Shown: positions 1-8,033, counted from the first letter of the stretch. The stretch: 13,322 nt of DNA from Fervidobacterium sp. (GCA_049970055.1 JBMFNR010000008.1:2853-16174); one strand, 5' to 3'. Notes: generated from the letters alone by a model not told the origin. Translations and numbers: made by a program.

Positions 1-1964
1 TGCCCTTCTGCACCAGCTTGATTCGTCAGTACCTTAGCAACAGTATTCAGGAAATTAACCCCAGCTTGTCCAAACAATGTCTGTAATCTGTTCAGCAAAG
101 CAACAAACGTGACATTAACACCAGATGTAAGCAGTTGTTGATACTTTGTAATAATTTCCATCGCTTTTTCTTCACTCGAAACTCCTTCTAGTTCTCGCAG
201 TATCCTACGAATGTTGTCTAAGTTGTCAACTATTGTCAATAACGATGTCATTGCTCTCTTCTCAAGCTTCAATTCCCTTCCAAATCTTGTCCAAAAGCGT
301 GTATCTGTTCCATGATACTTCGCAAGTTGTTCAATCATCTCAAGCATTGATGTACCAACAAACTCACCATTAACATACCTCTGGGTAATTACACCATATT
401 GCTTCAATTTGTCAATAACATCTGGTCTTGAGAACTGCATCATCAATTGCGAAAGACCAGTACCAATCAGCTCAGGCTTCAAACCAGCCTGAGACATTGC
501 TGCCATTATAGAAAGCGTTTCTTCAAACGACGTGTTGGAAGCTTCAGCAAACGCTACAACTCTTTGAATCTGAGTCGAAAATTCACCCATTGTGAAAACG
601 CCTTCAGCAACAGTGTACGAAATCTGTGCAAGTACCCTGGTAAGTGTCTCGTAGTTGTCCGCATTCATGTCGAACGCACCAGTAACAGCAAGCACGCTCC
701 TAAATAACTCGGTCGGTGTAACATCTGTCGCAAACGCATACTGTGACACAAGGTCGGATACCAACTCAAGCTTCTCAACGCTTTTGTAACCAGATGACGC
801 AACAAAGTATAGCAAATCAACCACATCACCAAAACCCATACCTGTCTTGTATGCTATCTTACCAGCAATGTCCGTAAGACGTGTAAGCTTCACTAACTGC
901 ATTTGTTGAAGCTCAGCAAACTGCTTTCCAAGTCCTTCTTCAGGCTGCGACATTATGCCAGCCGTAACAGCAAGCTTGTACTGGTACTCTTTATACTTCA
1001 TCATTACGTCAAACAACTGGACAATTCCTGTCGTGACAATTCCAATTGCTGCTGTAAGCGTCGTACTCAGAGACGTGACACTTTGAGAGAAATAGTACAT
1101 CGCCTGAGAAACAGCTCTCATTTGCAAATCTACAAAATTAAAGAAATTCATGCCAGCTTTAAAAGCCGACATTATGTTTTGCGGAACGTTCATTATAAAC
1201 CCAAGGAAACCAGTCGACAAGTTTTTGACCCAACTGAACATTCCACTAAAGAAACCTTTAAATGCGTCTACACCAAACTGCATGAACTTAGAAGTGAGAT
1301 TTTTTATCGCACCAAATATCGTCCTACCACCAAAACCAGCAAAACCTAACGAAGCTCCCATCGAAGCTTTTATAATGTTCCCAATATTCGAATAATAAGA
1401 CCTACCAAGTCGGAACACAATCTTTGGATAATCAAACACCAACCAACGAGTAGCTGAAATAACATAGCGAGTAGCTACCATCAAAGATTCGCCAGCGAAA
1501 CTACCAAGACCACTTAGAAGCTTCTTGCCAAAGCTTTCCTCAACACCACCAGGCACTCCACCACCAGACACTCCACCACTAGACTCTCCTCCACCAGACC
1601 CTCCACCGCCAGACCCTCTACCACGTCCACCAGATGTCTGTTCAATCCCGCGTGTTCTCATCGTCACAGTAACAGTCCTACTTCTCAGGTCTCTAACCTC
1701 TTCCTTTATTTGCCTAACTTCCTGAATAGCTTGCTGTACACCCTGTACTTGCACCTGCACTTGCACCTGCATTTGCTGTAATTTCTCAACCGCGTGTTTT
1801 AAACGCTCTAAACTGTTAAGAGCAGCTGGAATATTAGTAATAACACGCACCATCAAAGTCGTGTTGTGAATTTTACTCAATCTCTGCTCAATGTCATTTA
1901 TGCGTTGCAAAACAGCGTCTAAGTTGTCCTTAAAGACTACATTGACTTCCACTGTTTTAGGCAC
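1..1964 (-). CDS. Tail tape measure protein, N-terminal 654 codons (continues beyond the left edge; absent from the ORF track)
   Basis: Hand translation from GTG at 1964 (SD GGAGGTGA, 5-nt spacer) stays open to position 1: MPKTVEVNVVFKDNLDAVLQRINDIEQRL... It has helical Ala/Gly/Phe-rich stretches and a TP901-type TMP-core-like segment (DLLYFVASSGY...FEETLSIMAAMSQAGLKPELIGTGLSQLMMQF...LKQYGV). It lies directly after the tail chaperones, the usual TMP position. Confidence 0.93.
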   Translation of the reverse strand, partial: MPKTVEVNVVFKDNLDAVLQRINDIEQRLSKIHNTTLMVRVITNIPAALNSLERLKHAVEKLQQMQVQVQVQVQGVQQAIQEVRQIKEEVRDLRSRTVTVTMRTRGIEQTSGGRGRGSGGGGSGGGESSGGVSGGGVPGGVEESFGKKLLSGLGSFAGESLMVATRYVISATRWLVFDYPKIVFRLGRSYYSNIGNIIKASMGASLGFAGFGGRTIFGAIKNLTSKFMQFGVDAFKGFFSGMFSWVKNLSTGFLGFIMNVPQNIMSAFKAGMNFFNFVDLQMRAVSQAMYYFSQSVTSLSTTLTAAIGIVTTGIVQLFDVMMKYKEYQYKLAVTAGIMSQPEEGLGKQFAELQQMQLVKLTRLTDIAGKIAYKTGMGFGDVVDLLYFVASSGYKSVEKLELVSDLVSQYAFATDVTPTELFRSVLAVTGAFDMNADNYETLTRVLAQISYTVAEGVFTMGEFSTQIQRVVAFAEASNTSFEETLSIMAAMSQAGLKPELIGTGLSQLMMQFSRPDVIDKLKQYGVITQRYVNGEFVGTSMLEMIEQLAKYHGTDTRFWTRFGRELKLEKRAMTSLLTIVDNLDNIRRILRELEGVSSEEKAMEIITKYQQLLTSGVNVTFVALLNRLQTLFGQAGVNFLNTVAKVLTNQAGAEG
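1546..1635 (-). repeat. Degenerate 15-nt tandem repeat encoding a Gly/Ser linker inside the tape measure protein
   Basis: Plus-strand units such as ccaccaccagacact / ccaccactagactct / cctccaccagaccct / ccaccgccagaccct translate on the minus strand as SGGRGRGSGGGGSGGGESSGGVSGGGVPGG. Confidence 0.85.
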
Positions 1965-1969
1965 TGGTA

Positions 1970-2470
1970 TCACCTCCTTCGCATTGCTTCTTTGTTTTTC
2001 TTCTCATAGAGTTTGTTCTTTGCTGTAACGATTGCCTCGATGATAACAAAATCATCATAGCGCATAGCGTCTATCGTCGTACCAGATGGAAGCATGTTGA
2101 GATTCGCTTCACCATCTATTGCTGGTAAACATACCCTCAACCTGTCTGCATATTTCGTATAAAGAACATGACCCGGAACAAGCCTTGCTCTACCTTCCGA
2201 CATAACAATCGCATCTATGCCCGAAAATATTGCTTCCTTGTCCTGTTCGAATTCCCTGAGTTGATTAACAGCAAACCAAATCAACGGCTTAATCTTGTGA
2301 AAGTTTAAGCGTGCCACCACAGAAGGTTTGATAGGAAGGTCTAAAGTCCAGTCGACAATATAGTCGCAAAGAAAAGATACATAATCCCCTTGCTGAAGGT
2401 AAACAACAGAGCGAAAAGAAGGAAAATCAGCAACATAGAATGTTACGCCATCTATCTCAAACTCTTTCGT
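1970..2470 (-). CDS. Second tail assembly chaperone-like protein (pre-TMP, GT-like), probably 166 aa from an ACG start rather than the 116 aa in the track
   Basis: The frame is open from the TGA at 2486-2488 to the TGA at 1970-1972. An SD-like AAGGCGGTGA (2475-2484) lies 4 nt before ACG (2468-2470), giving (M)KEFEIDGVTFYVADFPSF... The track's GTG at 2320 has no SD and falls inside a motif shared with the upstream chaperone. The gene sits immediately before the TMP gene. Confidence 0.7.
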   Translation of the reverse strand, partial: TKEFEIDGVTFYVADFPSFRSVVYLQQGDYVSFLCDYIVDWTLDLPIKPSVVARLNFHKIKPLIWFAVNQLREFEQDKEAIFSGIDAIVMSEGRARLVPGHVLYTKYADRLRVCLPAIDGEANLNMLPSGTTIDAMRYDDFVIIEAIVTAKNKLYEKKNKEAMRRR

Positions 2471-2529
2471 GATTTCACCGCCTTCTCAACTGACAGTTTT
2501 ATTCTTTTTGCGATTTAAAAATGCATATG

Positions 2530-2564
2530 AAAGAAAAAGGGTAGCAGGCATACGCCTGCCTCCC
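2530..2564 (-). terminator. Intrinsic (Rho-independent) terminator after the first chaperone gene
   Basis: The minus strand reads GGGAG-GCAGGC-GTAT-GCCTGC-TACCC-TTTTTCTTT, a GC-rich stem followed by a U tract, starting 2 nt after the TAA at 2567-2569. Confidence 0.8.
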
Positions 2565-2566
2565 TG

Positions 2567-2914
2567 TTACTCGATAGAATACATCTTCGTTAAATACTGA
2601 TACAGGTTTTTGGCAATATCGTGCCTCAGCTTTGCAATGTTCTGCGGTGTAACTGGCTCTTTCTCGCTCCATCCGACTATAACTCTGGCAAGAAAGTCGA
2701 GCGGTAGTGTCTCTAAGTCCTCGATAGTAATAACCTGTTGGTCGCCCTTATACTCTACTCTCGGTTTTCCAAACGCCTGTTGCAATGTTTTAGCTACAGC
2801 AACAGGCAACTCCTTGAGTACATCAAACCAAGCATCCGTTTGTTTGTCTGGTGTGATGTTGCCTTTCGCATCAACATAAAGCCTCACAGTTTCGTTACTT
2901 GCAAACAAACCCAT
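2567..2914 (-). CDS. Tail assembly chaperone (G-like), 115 aa
   Basis: Strong SD GGAGGTGT with 5-nt spacer. Lies between tail tube and TMP. The C-terminal FLARVIVGWSEKEPVTPQNIAKL pattern resembles siphophage tail chaperones. Confidence 0.75.
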   Translation of the reverse strand: MGLFASNETVRLYVDAKGNITPDKQTDAWFDVLKELPVAVAKTLQQAFGKPRVEYKGDQQVITIEDLETLPLDFLARVIVGWSEKEPVTPQNIAKLRHDIAKNLYQYLTKMYSIE

Positions 2915-2950
2915 ACACTACACCTCCACACACTAAGAATTAGGAAACTA

Positions 2951-3913
2951 TTACGCTGTTGGGTCGATGTCGACACCACTAAGTGTGATGTTATCTGGTG
3001 ATACTTGCAGACTAAGTGTTGAAGTAATATATTCTTTTCCATTAATATCATGAGTGTACTCTGTCACAAACGCATTCGAGAGCGTAAGTGTTGCTTTAAT
3101 GGTATCGCTTGACGGAGATGCAATTTCAACCGTTATTCCCGAAGCAGAAGCTGTACCGCTTGTAAATGCAGAGTTAAGTGCAGCGTCTAAATCAATCGTC
3201 GAAACACTATCTGGATAGTACTCAATTGTTACTTCAGCCATGCCAAACCTACTTGCTGAAATTCCTTGAGCATTCAAACTACCAAATGTGTAGTAATCAA
3301 TAACATCCTGTGAAATGTTGAGTTCAAACCTCGAAACCTTTGTCGTAACATTGTTCGAACCAACCTTAACGGCAATGTTTTTCGCTGTGTACGGATTAAC
3401 ATAGTTGAGTGACGTCAAATCTTTTATCGTACCTTCAGTATACGAACCAGTAGCTCTTGCTCTAACATCCAATGTCGCTGTCGCTATACCGTCAGTTGTA
3501 AAGCTTACTCTAAGGCTTGTAACGTAAACATCTAAGTAAGTTATACTTGAACCACCATGGTTGACAATAACCGCTGGTAGTTTTTGACCAGATGAATTGT
3601 TAAGACTCACTGTATCGCTTGAGTACTGACCAAAAATTGAAAGGAACAACAAACCGAGTAATGCATGTTTGTACCCAGATGTTGATGTTGTATAAGTTAG
3701 GTCAAAGAGTTCAACTTCAATCGAACCTTCGTACGTCAACTGTCCAATATACGTTCCTTTCGGCGCTCTTTGACCAAGAAGAGCCTCAGACGATACAACA
3801 GAGTTATACTTCGGATTGATGCTCTCACTTTTCATTGGAAGTTTGATTTTATACGTGTTCGTACCATCTGGTATGTAAAGTATAACGCTACTTGAACCGC
3901 CAACAAGTGGCAT
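2951..3913 (-). CDS. Major tail tube protein, 320 aa
   Basis: Strong SD AGGAGGTGT with 5-nt spacer. S/T/G/V-rich all-beta composition with tube-like segments (YEGSIEVEL; VYVTSLRVSFTTDGIATATLDV; VSRFELNISQDV...FGS). Followed by the chaperone and TMP genes. Confidence 0.8.
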   Translation of the reverse strand: MPLVGGSSSVILYIPDGTNTYKIKLPMKSESINPKYNSVVSSEALLGQRAPKGTYIGQLTYEGSIEVELFDLTYTTSTSGYKHALLGLLFLSIFGQYSSDTVSLNNSSGQKLPAVIVNHGGSSITYLDVYVTSLRVSFTTDGIATATLDVRARATGSYTEGTIKDLTSLNYVNPYTAKNIAVKVGSNNVTTKVSRFELNISQDVIDYYTFGSLNAQGISASRFGMAEVTIEYYPDSVSTIDLDAALNSAFTSGTASASGITVEIASPSSDTIKATLTLSNAFVTEYTHDINGKEYITSTLSLQVSPDNITLSGVDIDPTA

Positions 3914-3928
3914 AATCTACACCTCCTA

Positions 3929-4777
3929 TCATGATGTAGTAAATTCTATCAAGTTGTACGGTGCGGTATAAACCGCTCTAAAACGTACTGTCAAAACACC
4001 ATAATCTCCGTACTTATCAAAATACGTTATAACCACACTCGGCATAAAAAACTTAAAAAACGTCGAACCATTAACATACTGCAATCGTAAACCAAAAACC
4101 GTACCGTTCTTATAAAAATCCTCAAACGTTGTCGAATACGTGCCGGGATAAACCACATCAAAACTGCCATTAATTCTAAGAGCCTCAGAAAAACACCTGA
4201 AAGTTCCATCAAGTATTCTATCACAAACTACAGAGTTATCAATCGAAATGCTAAAGCTCGACGCATAAAAATCAGTATAAGCACCACCACTATAATATTG
4301 CGTCGTAATCTTCGACGGATGTACAAAATCTTCAGCCGAATAACTCGTAAATGTTCCAGACGCCACATCCGACGGAAAAACCGCCGAAAACTTCACCCTC
4401 GGTATAGAAGCTACACCAAATTCGAACGAAACATTGTTAAGATACCCACCAGACAGCTGACTAACATTACTCTTGTCGTCTTTGTACACAATCGTGATGG
4501 TTGACAAGCCAGTATTTGAATTCGCAGGATAATAAACACCACTACTCGAATTGGAACATAAATTCAACATCAAAGCTTTCGCAAGTGTGTGTGTTAGTTC
4601 AGCTTCAACATCGACTACATGCGACGCCACGGTTTCAATAATCGACCCGTTGCGTGTTCTAAAGTTGCGCAACGTTTCAACCTCAAACTCGTTCGTCAGC
4701 CTGTTAACATCTAAATTGTTCAGCCTCAACCTCAACGAATAGCCACCACTCGTAAGATTCGCACCTACAACCTTCAT
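3929..4777 (-). CDS. Tail tube-like paralogue, 282 aa (start reassigned to ATG 4777)
   Basis: The ATG overlaps the upstream stop (ATGA, 4774-4777). Beta-rich segments are collinear with the downstream tube gene (GYLNNVSFEFGVASIPRVKFSA; ASSFSISIDNSV; INGSFDVVY; FFMPSVVIT). Confidence 0.65.
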   Translation of the reverse strand: MKVVGANLTSGGYSLRLRLNNLDVNRLTNEFEVETLRNFRTRNGSIIETVASHVVDVEAELTHTLAKALMLNLCSNSSSGVYYPANSNTGLSTITIVYKDDKSNVSQLSGGYLNNVSFEFGVASIPRVKFSAVFPSDVASGTFTSYSAEDFVHPSKITTQYYSGGAYTDFYASSFSISIDNSVVCDRILDGTFRCFSEALRINGSFDVVYPGTYSTTFEDFYKNGTVFGLRLQYVNGSTFFKFFMPSVVITYFDKYGDYGVLTVRFRAVYTAPYNLIEFTTS

Positions 4778-5133
4778 AGCGTCCAAGCCACCTCGAACGA
4801 AAGGTAAACATAAATAAGTTTCTGCGTTGGATAGTGAACATAATCAAATTGCTTGAGCTTTATCATTTGGTAAACCTCGCTGAGTTTCGAAAATATCAAC
4901 CCAGTCTTCTCGTCCATCAACTGAAAAATATCTACGTTCTGTTCTTCTTTAAGGCATACAATCATTGAGTGCGTAGCATTGACTCTGCGTTGCCCAAATG
5001 TAAGTTGTTCCACTTCACCTGAAAAGCCAAACGGCGATACACTGTCGGGTTTGAGCTTGGTAAAATCTGTAGCTATCTCAAAACCAGCTTCTACCAATTT
5101 GTCCTTCGCTTCTTGCACTTTCTTGAATATCAC
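4774..5133 (-). CDS. Putative tail terminator/completion protein, 119 aa (start reassigned to GTG 5133)
   Basis: SD GAGGTGGT lies 4 nt before GTG ATA TTC AAG. This start removes the overlap with the upstream gene that the track's 5226 start implies. Size and position just before the tube genes fit a tail terminator; function is inferred from gene order only. Confidence 0.55.
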   Translation of the reverse strand: MIFKKVQEAKDKLVEAGFEIATDFTKLKPDSVSPFGFSGEVEQLTFGQRRVNATHSMIVCLKEEQNVDIFQLMDEKTGLIFSKLSEVYQMIKLKQFDYVHYPTQKLIYVYLSFEVAWTL

Positions 5134-5143
5134 ACACACCACC

Positions 5144-5629
5144 TCACAACAAACCAGCTTGCTCGAGAATAATGTCAATAAGAGCTTCAAAATCCATTTT
5201 CTCAATTTGTTCGCCCACATAATCACTTATCGGTGTCGGCAACGTTCCACCACGTTTCTTAATTGCTTTAAACACACTTTGAGGGTCTATTTCCCCACCA
5301 TAAATCTGCGATTTCAACACCGCCCAACGCTCTATGTCTGAATAAGATACATCAGAAGTACCTTTCTCAAGCTTCTCAGCATAACTCACCGTAGGAAACA
5401 CTTCTATGGAAATCCCATCGTCTCTTATCTCAACAATTCGTTGGATACTATTTGTATATTGCCCTGTTGTGAAAAGCGGAAGAACGTGCGGACCTATCGA
5501 TTTATCGGTTGATGTCTTCTTCCAATTCTCGACTATTATGTCAGCCAGCTTGACACCAACATCTCTAAGTGCTCTTCTGTAACGCATTAACCACTGCCCA
5601 AGCTCAGCGTTGATGTCTACTTCAGCCAT
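5144..5629 (-). CDS. Neck/tail-completion protein, HK97 gp10-like, 161 aa (start ATG 5629)
   Basis: SD AAGGTGA with 5-nt spacer. The motifs TTGQYTNSI...VSYAEKLEKGT...IERWA...IKKRGGT resemble the TG.L..SI / YA..VE.GT / I...GT signature of virion morphogenesis proteins. Confidence 0.7.
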   Translation of the reverse strand: MAEVDINAELGQWLMRYRRALRDVGVKLADIIVENWKKTSTDKSIGPHVLPLFTTGQYTNSIQRIVEIRDDGISIEVFPTVSYAEKLEKGTSDVSYSDIERWAVLKSQIYGGEIDPQSVFKAIKKRGGTLPTPISDYVGEQIEKMDFEALIDIILEQAGLL

Positions 5630-5634
5630 AAACA

Positions 5635-6099
5635 TCACCTTGGCGTTCTAAAATAACGTGCCATCCTAAATAGGTGTTCCTTTGCATCCGATAAATTGCC
5701 ATTAACATTCTGCATTGCATAGTTCTGAAGTTTCCTGAAATCAGAAGCTATTGCTTCAAACACATCAGCTTTGAAGTTATCTTCATCAAAGAAATCACCT
5801 TCAATGTATAAACCGCCTTCGATGTCGTGGTAAAACTCTACTAACCTTTTGAACGGATGAATAACATAATCTGAGGACGGGACGGTACTCCCATCCTCAG
5901 AAAAGATAAGATACTCAACATCATTCAACGGAAGGTACTGCGTCTTGATTTTAAACTTGCGTTGCGCAACTTGTTCAAGTTCGCACTGCTGATACACAAG
6001 GTTCTTCTCTATCAGAACAAGCAGTTGCGCGTCTGTGAACAGGTAATTTAACGGGTCGGTATCCGAAATAATCATTCGAACATACTCGAGGGTTGGCAT
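5635..6099 (-). CDS. Head-tail adaptor/connector protein, 154 aa
   Basis: The N-terminus LEYVRMIISDTDPLNYLFTDAQL matches the VR..I.DTD....F.D.EI start common in adaptors. Position downstream of the major capsid gene. Confidence 0.7.
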   Translation of the reverse strand: MPTLEYVRMIISDTDPLNYLFTDAQLLVLIEKNLVYQQCELEQVAQRKFKIKTQYLPLNDVEYLIFSEDGSTVPSSDYVIHPFKRLVEFYHDIEGGLYIEGDFFDEDNFKADVFEAIASDFRKLQNYAMQNVNGNLSDAKEHLFRMARYFRTPR

Positions 6100-6102
6100 A
6101 AA

Positions 6103-6258
6103 TTATTCCCCCTTCTTCTTCGACTTTTCCTCCTTCTTTTCTTCGATTTCTGGTTCGTCTGTTACTATGTACTTGCCTTTCTCATCAACAAACACTGGAT
6201 ACACCTTGCCGTTCTCAACATAGAAGTTTGTATCGACATCCCCGATTCTTTTCTTCAT
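6103..6258 (-). CDS. Small hypothetical protein, 51 aa (not in the ORF track)
   Basis: SD AGGAGTGA, 6-nt spacer, ATG. Translation MKKRIGDVDTNFYVENGKVYPVFVDEKGKYIVTDEPEIEEKEEEKSKKKGE*. It fills the gap between the capsid and adaptor genes almost exactly. Confidence 0.85.
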   Translation of the reverse strand: MKKRIGDVDTNFYVENGKVYPVFVDEKGKYIVTDEPEIEEKKEEKSKKKGE

Positions 6259-6273
6259 GCTATATCACTCCTA

Positions 6274-7377
6274 TTAGCTGTTGATTCTGTAGTAGCCCAT
6301 AAGCGCACTGTCGCGTACCTCAAGCGTGTATTCACCGACAATCATATATGTTGTCTTGTCTGATGTCTTAGCAACCTCGAACATTGTAAGTTGTCTGAGT
6401 GGTCTTACCGCCATCTTATCAAAGTCAACGATAAAGATGTAACCTTCTGGTAAAACAGCTGATGTGTTGAGTACAACTTCGCCCCATTCAGTCACATATC
6501 TGTCAATCCTCTTGCCAGCTGTTGTTTCGTTGACTGTTGTAATTACTTTGTCGCTAAGCAAAGGATTGAAAATCTTCTCTTTTGTCGCTGGATTCATCCA
6601 GACTTCTGTGATTGGCTCTTGATTTCTGAGGAAGAACATATCTTTGAGCCATGCTTTGAAGTTCGCTTCACTGAATAAACCTGTGACAGTCAAACCATTG
6701 TTCTTAACGAATTCAACAAAACCAGCCATCATCCTCGGTTGGGTATTGTTTGCTGGTTCGTAGAGCTTTCCGTTGACTACTGTCCTTTCGAGTAAGAGCC
6801 TGAGTTTCTTGAGCTTTTCGTTTGTCTTCTGCACTCTGAGGTCAACTGAGTATTCGAGATTGACAGCAAGCTGAGTGTCTGTGAATTCTATTGCGTCTGT
6901 GAAGATTTGTGTGATGTTGTGCCTCTTAACTGCCACGTTGAAACCAGACACTTCAGCACCAGAGCCTTCCGGCATTGCGTCAGAAACAAGTTCGAATACT
7001 GCACCAGCAGTAATGTCAACGTCTGTACCAGATATAACACTGACAGAAACGGATTTTGTTGATTCGTTCGTATTTACACCAACAACTCTGAAGAGTATGT
7101 CCCCGTACTTGAGGATATTGCCAACCTTCAAGAGGACTGAGTTGTCACCAAATGTGAGTTTACCGTCACCAGCTGTGTGGTTTGCTGCGAGCGTGTATCT
7201 AAGTGGTAGTGGAACATCATCGTACCATTCCAGCCTTGTAGAGTTAATTGGTGCGCCGAAAGAGATTTTGTTGAGTATCGGTGTTGATGGAAGTTCAAGC
7301 GCTCTGAACTTTGGTTCAAGTTCAACTTTGTTAACGTCTTTCAACGCATAAGTATCAACAATTCCGTAAATTGGCAT
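6274..7377 (-). CDS. Major capsid protein (resembles the DUF5309/SU10-like family), 367 aa
   Basis: Strong SD AGGAGGTGT, located after the scaffold gene. Motifs TP.L..I, LEWYDD, NITQIFTDAIEFTDTQLAV, LERTVVNG, PRMMAG, YVTEWG, RPLR, IVGEYTLEVR. Confidence 0.92.
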   Translation of the reverse strand: MPIYGIVDTYALKDVNKVELEPKFRALELPSTPILNKISFGAPINSTRLEWYDDVPLPLRYTLAANHTAGDGKLTFGDNSVLLKVGNILKYGDILFRVVGVNTNESTKSVSVSVISGTDVDITAGAVFELVSDAMPEGSGAEVSGFNVAVKRHNITQIFTDAIEFTDTQLAVNLEYSVDLRVQKTNEKLKKLRLLLERTVVNGKLYEPANNTQPRMMAGFVEFVKNNGLTVTGLFSEANFKAWLKDMFFLRNQEPITEVWMNPATKEKIFNPLLSDKVITTVNETTAGKRIDRYVTEWGEVVLNTSAVLPEGYIFIVDFDKMAVRPLRQLTMFEVAKTSDKTTYMIVGEYTLEVRDSALMGYYRINS

Positions 7378-7396
7378 ACCTTACACCTCCTGACAA

Positions 7397-8017
7397 TTAC
7401 CTTGAGAAGAATTTTCGTAATTCGTCATCAAAAGAAGCAACTACCTTTGCAGTGTTACCAACAGGTGTCGTTGTACCTTTCTGACTTTCACGTGTGCGCT
7501 TTTGAATAAGTTCGTTTATGTGTTGTTCGTAAGCTTGTGCAATTTGATTAATTTGTTCTTCGAGTTTTTGTTTAGCTTCGACAAACGGCAAATCTAAGAA
7601 GCTGTCAACATGCACAGCCGCTGCTAAAAACTCTGGTAAGTTTCTTGCTTGCAAGACTGCTTGCTTGTAATCTTCGAGTGCCTCTTTGCGCTCAAGCCTG
7701 AGAAGTTCTTGAAACTTGCCTTCGGTTTCAAGTTGTTTCTTTTCTTCCTCTCTTCTGAGCTTTTCTTCACGTGTTTTAATAGCCTGAGTAACATTCCTAT
7801 CAATCAAGCTTTGAAGTTCTTTCTTGGTAAGTATCGCCAATTCCTCGGCATCGATGCCGAGCTGCATAGCCGTCGCCTTAAGAACTTCAATAGGGTCAGT
7901 ATCATCGTGAAGAACTTCCTCGTTCGTAACTTTTTGACCTTCCTGCTGAACAGTCTGTTGCTCTGCCCCCTGCTGCTCAGGTTGTAGAACAACATCCTGT
8001 CTTTCTAATTCCGCCAT
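7397..8017 (-). CDS. Capsid scaffolding protein, 206 aa
   Basis: E/Q/K-rich coiled-coil composition, segment LTKKELQSLIDRNVTQAIKTREEK, strong SD GGGAGGTGT, directly upstream of the capsid gene. Confidence 0.82.
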   Translation of the reverse strand: MAELERQDVVLQPEQQGAEQQTVQQEGQKVTNEEVLHDDTDPIEVLKATAMQLGIDAEELAILTKKELQSLIDRNVTQAIKTREEKLRREEEKKQLETEGKFQELLRLERKEALEDYKQAVLQARNLPEFLAAAVHVDSFLDLPFVEAKQKLEEQINQIAQAYEQHINELIQKRTRESQKGTTTPVGNTAKVVASFDDELRKFFSR

Positions 8018-8033
8018 AAACTACACCTCCCAA

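Noticed and set aside
2486..2600. Classical -1 frameshift joining the two chaperone ORFs
   Set aside because: The two ORFs are in the same frame with two stops and a terminator between them, and I saw no slippery heptamer at the end of the first.
3929..4777. Tail sheath assignment (contractile tail)
   Set aside because: The protein is short and beta-rich for a sheath, and it resembles the neighbouring tube gene.
5134..5226. Track start at 5226 for the tail terminator gene (also the track starts at 4786, 5638, 9013 and 12205)
   Set aside because: Downstream starts have properly spaced SD sequences or ATGA coupling, and for 5226 the later start avoids an 83-nt overlap.
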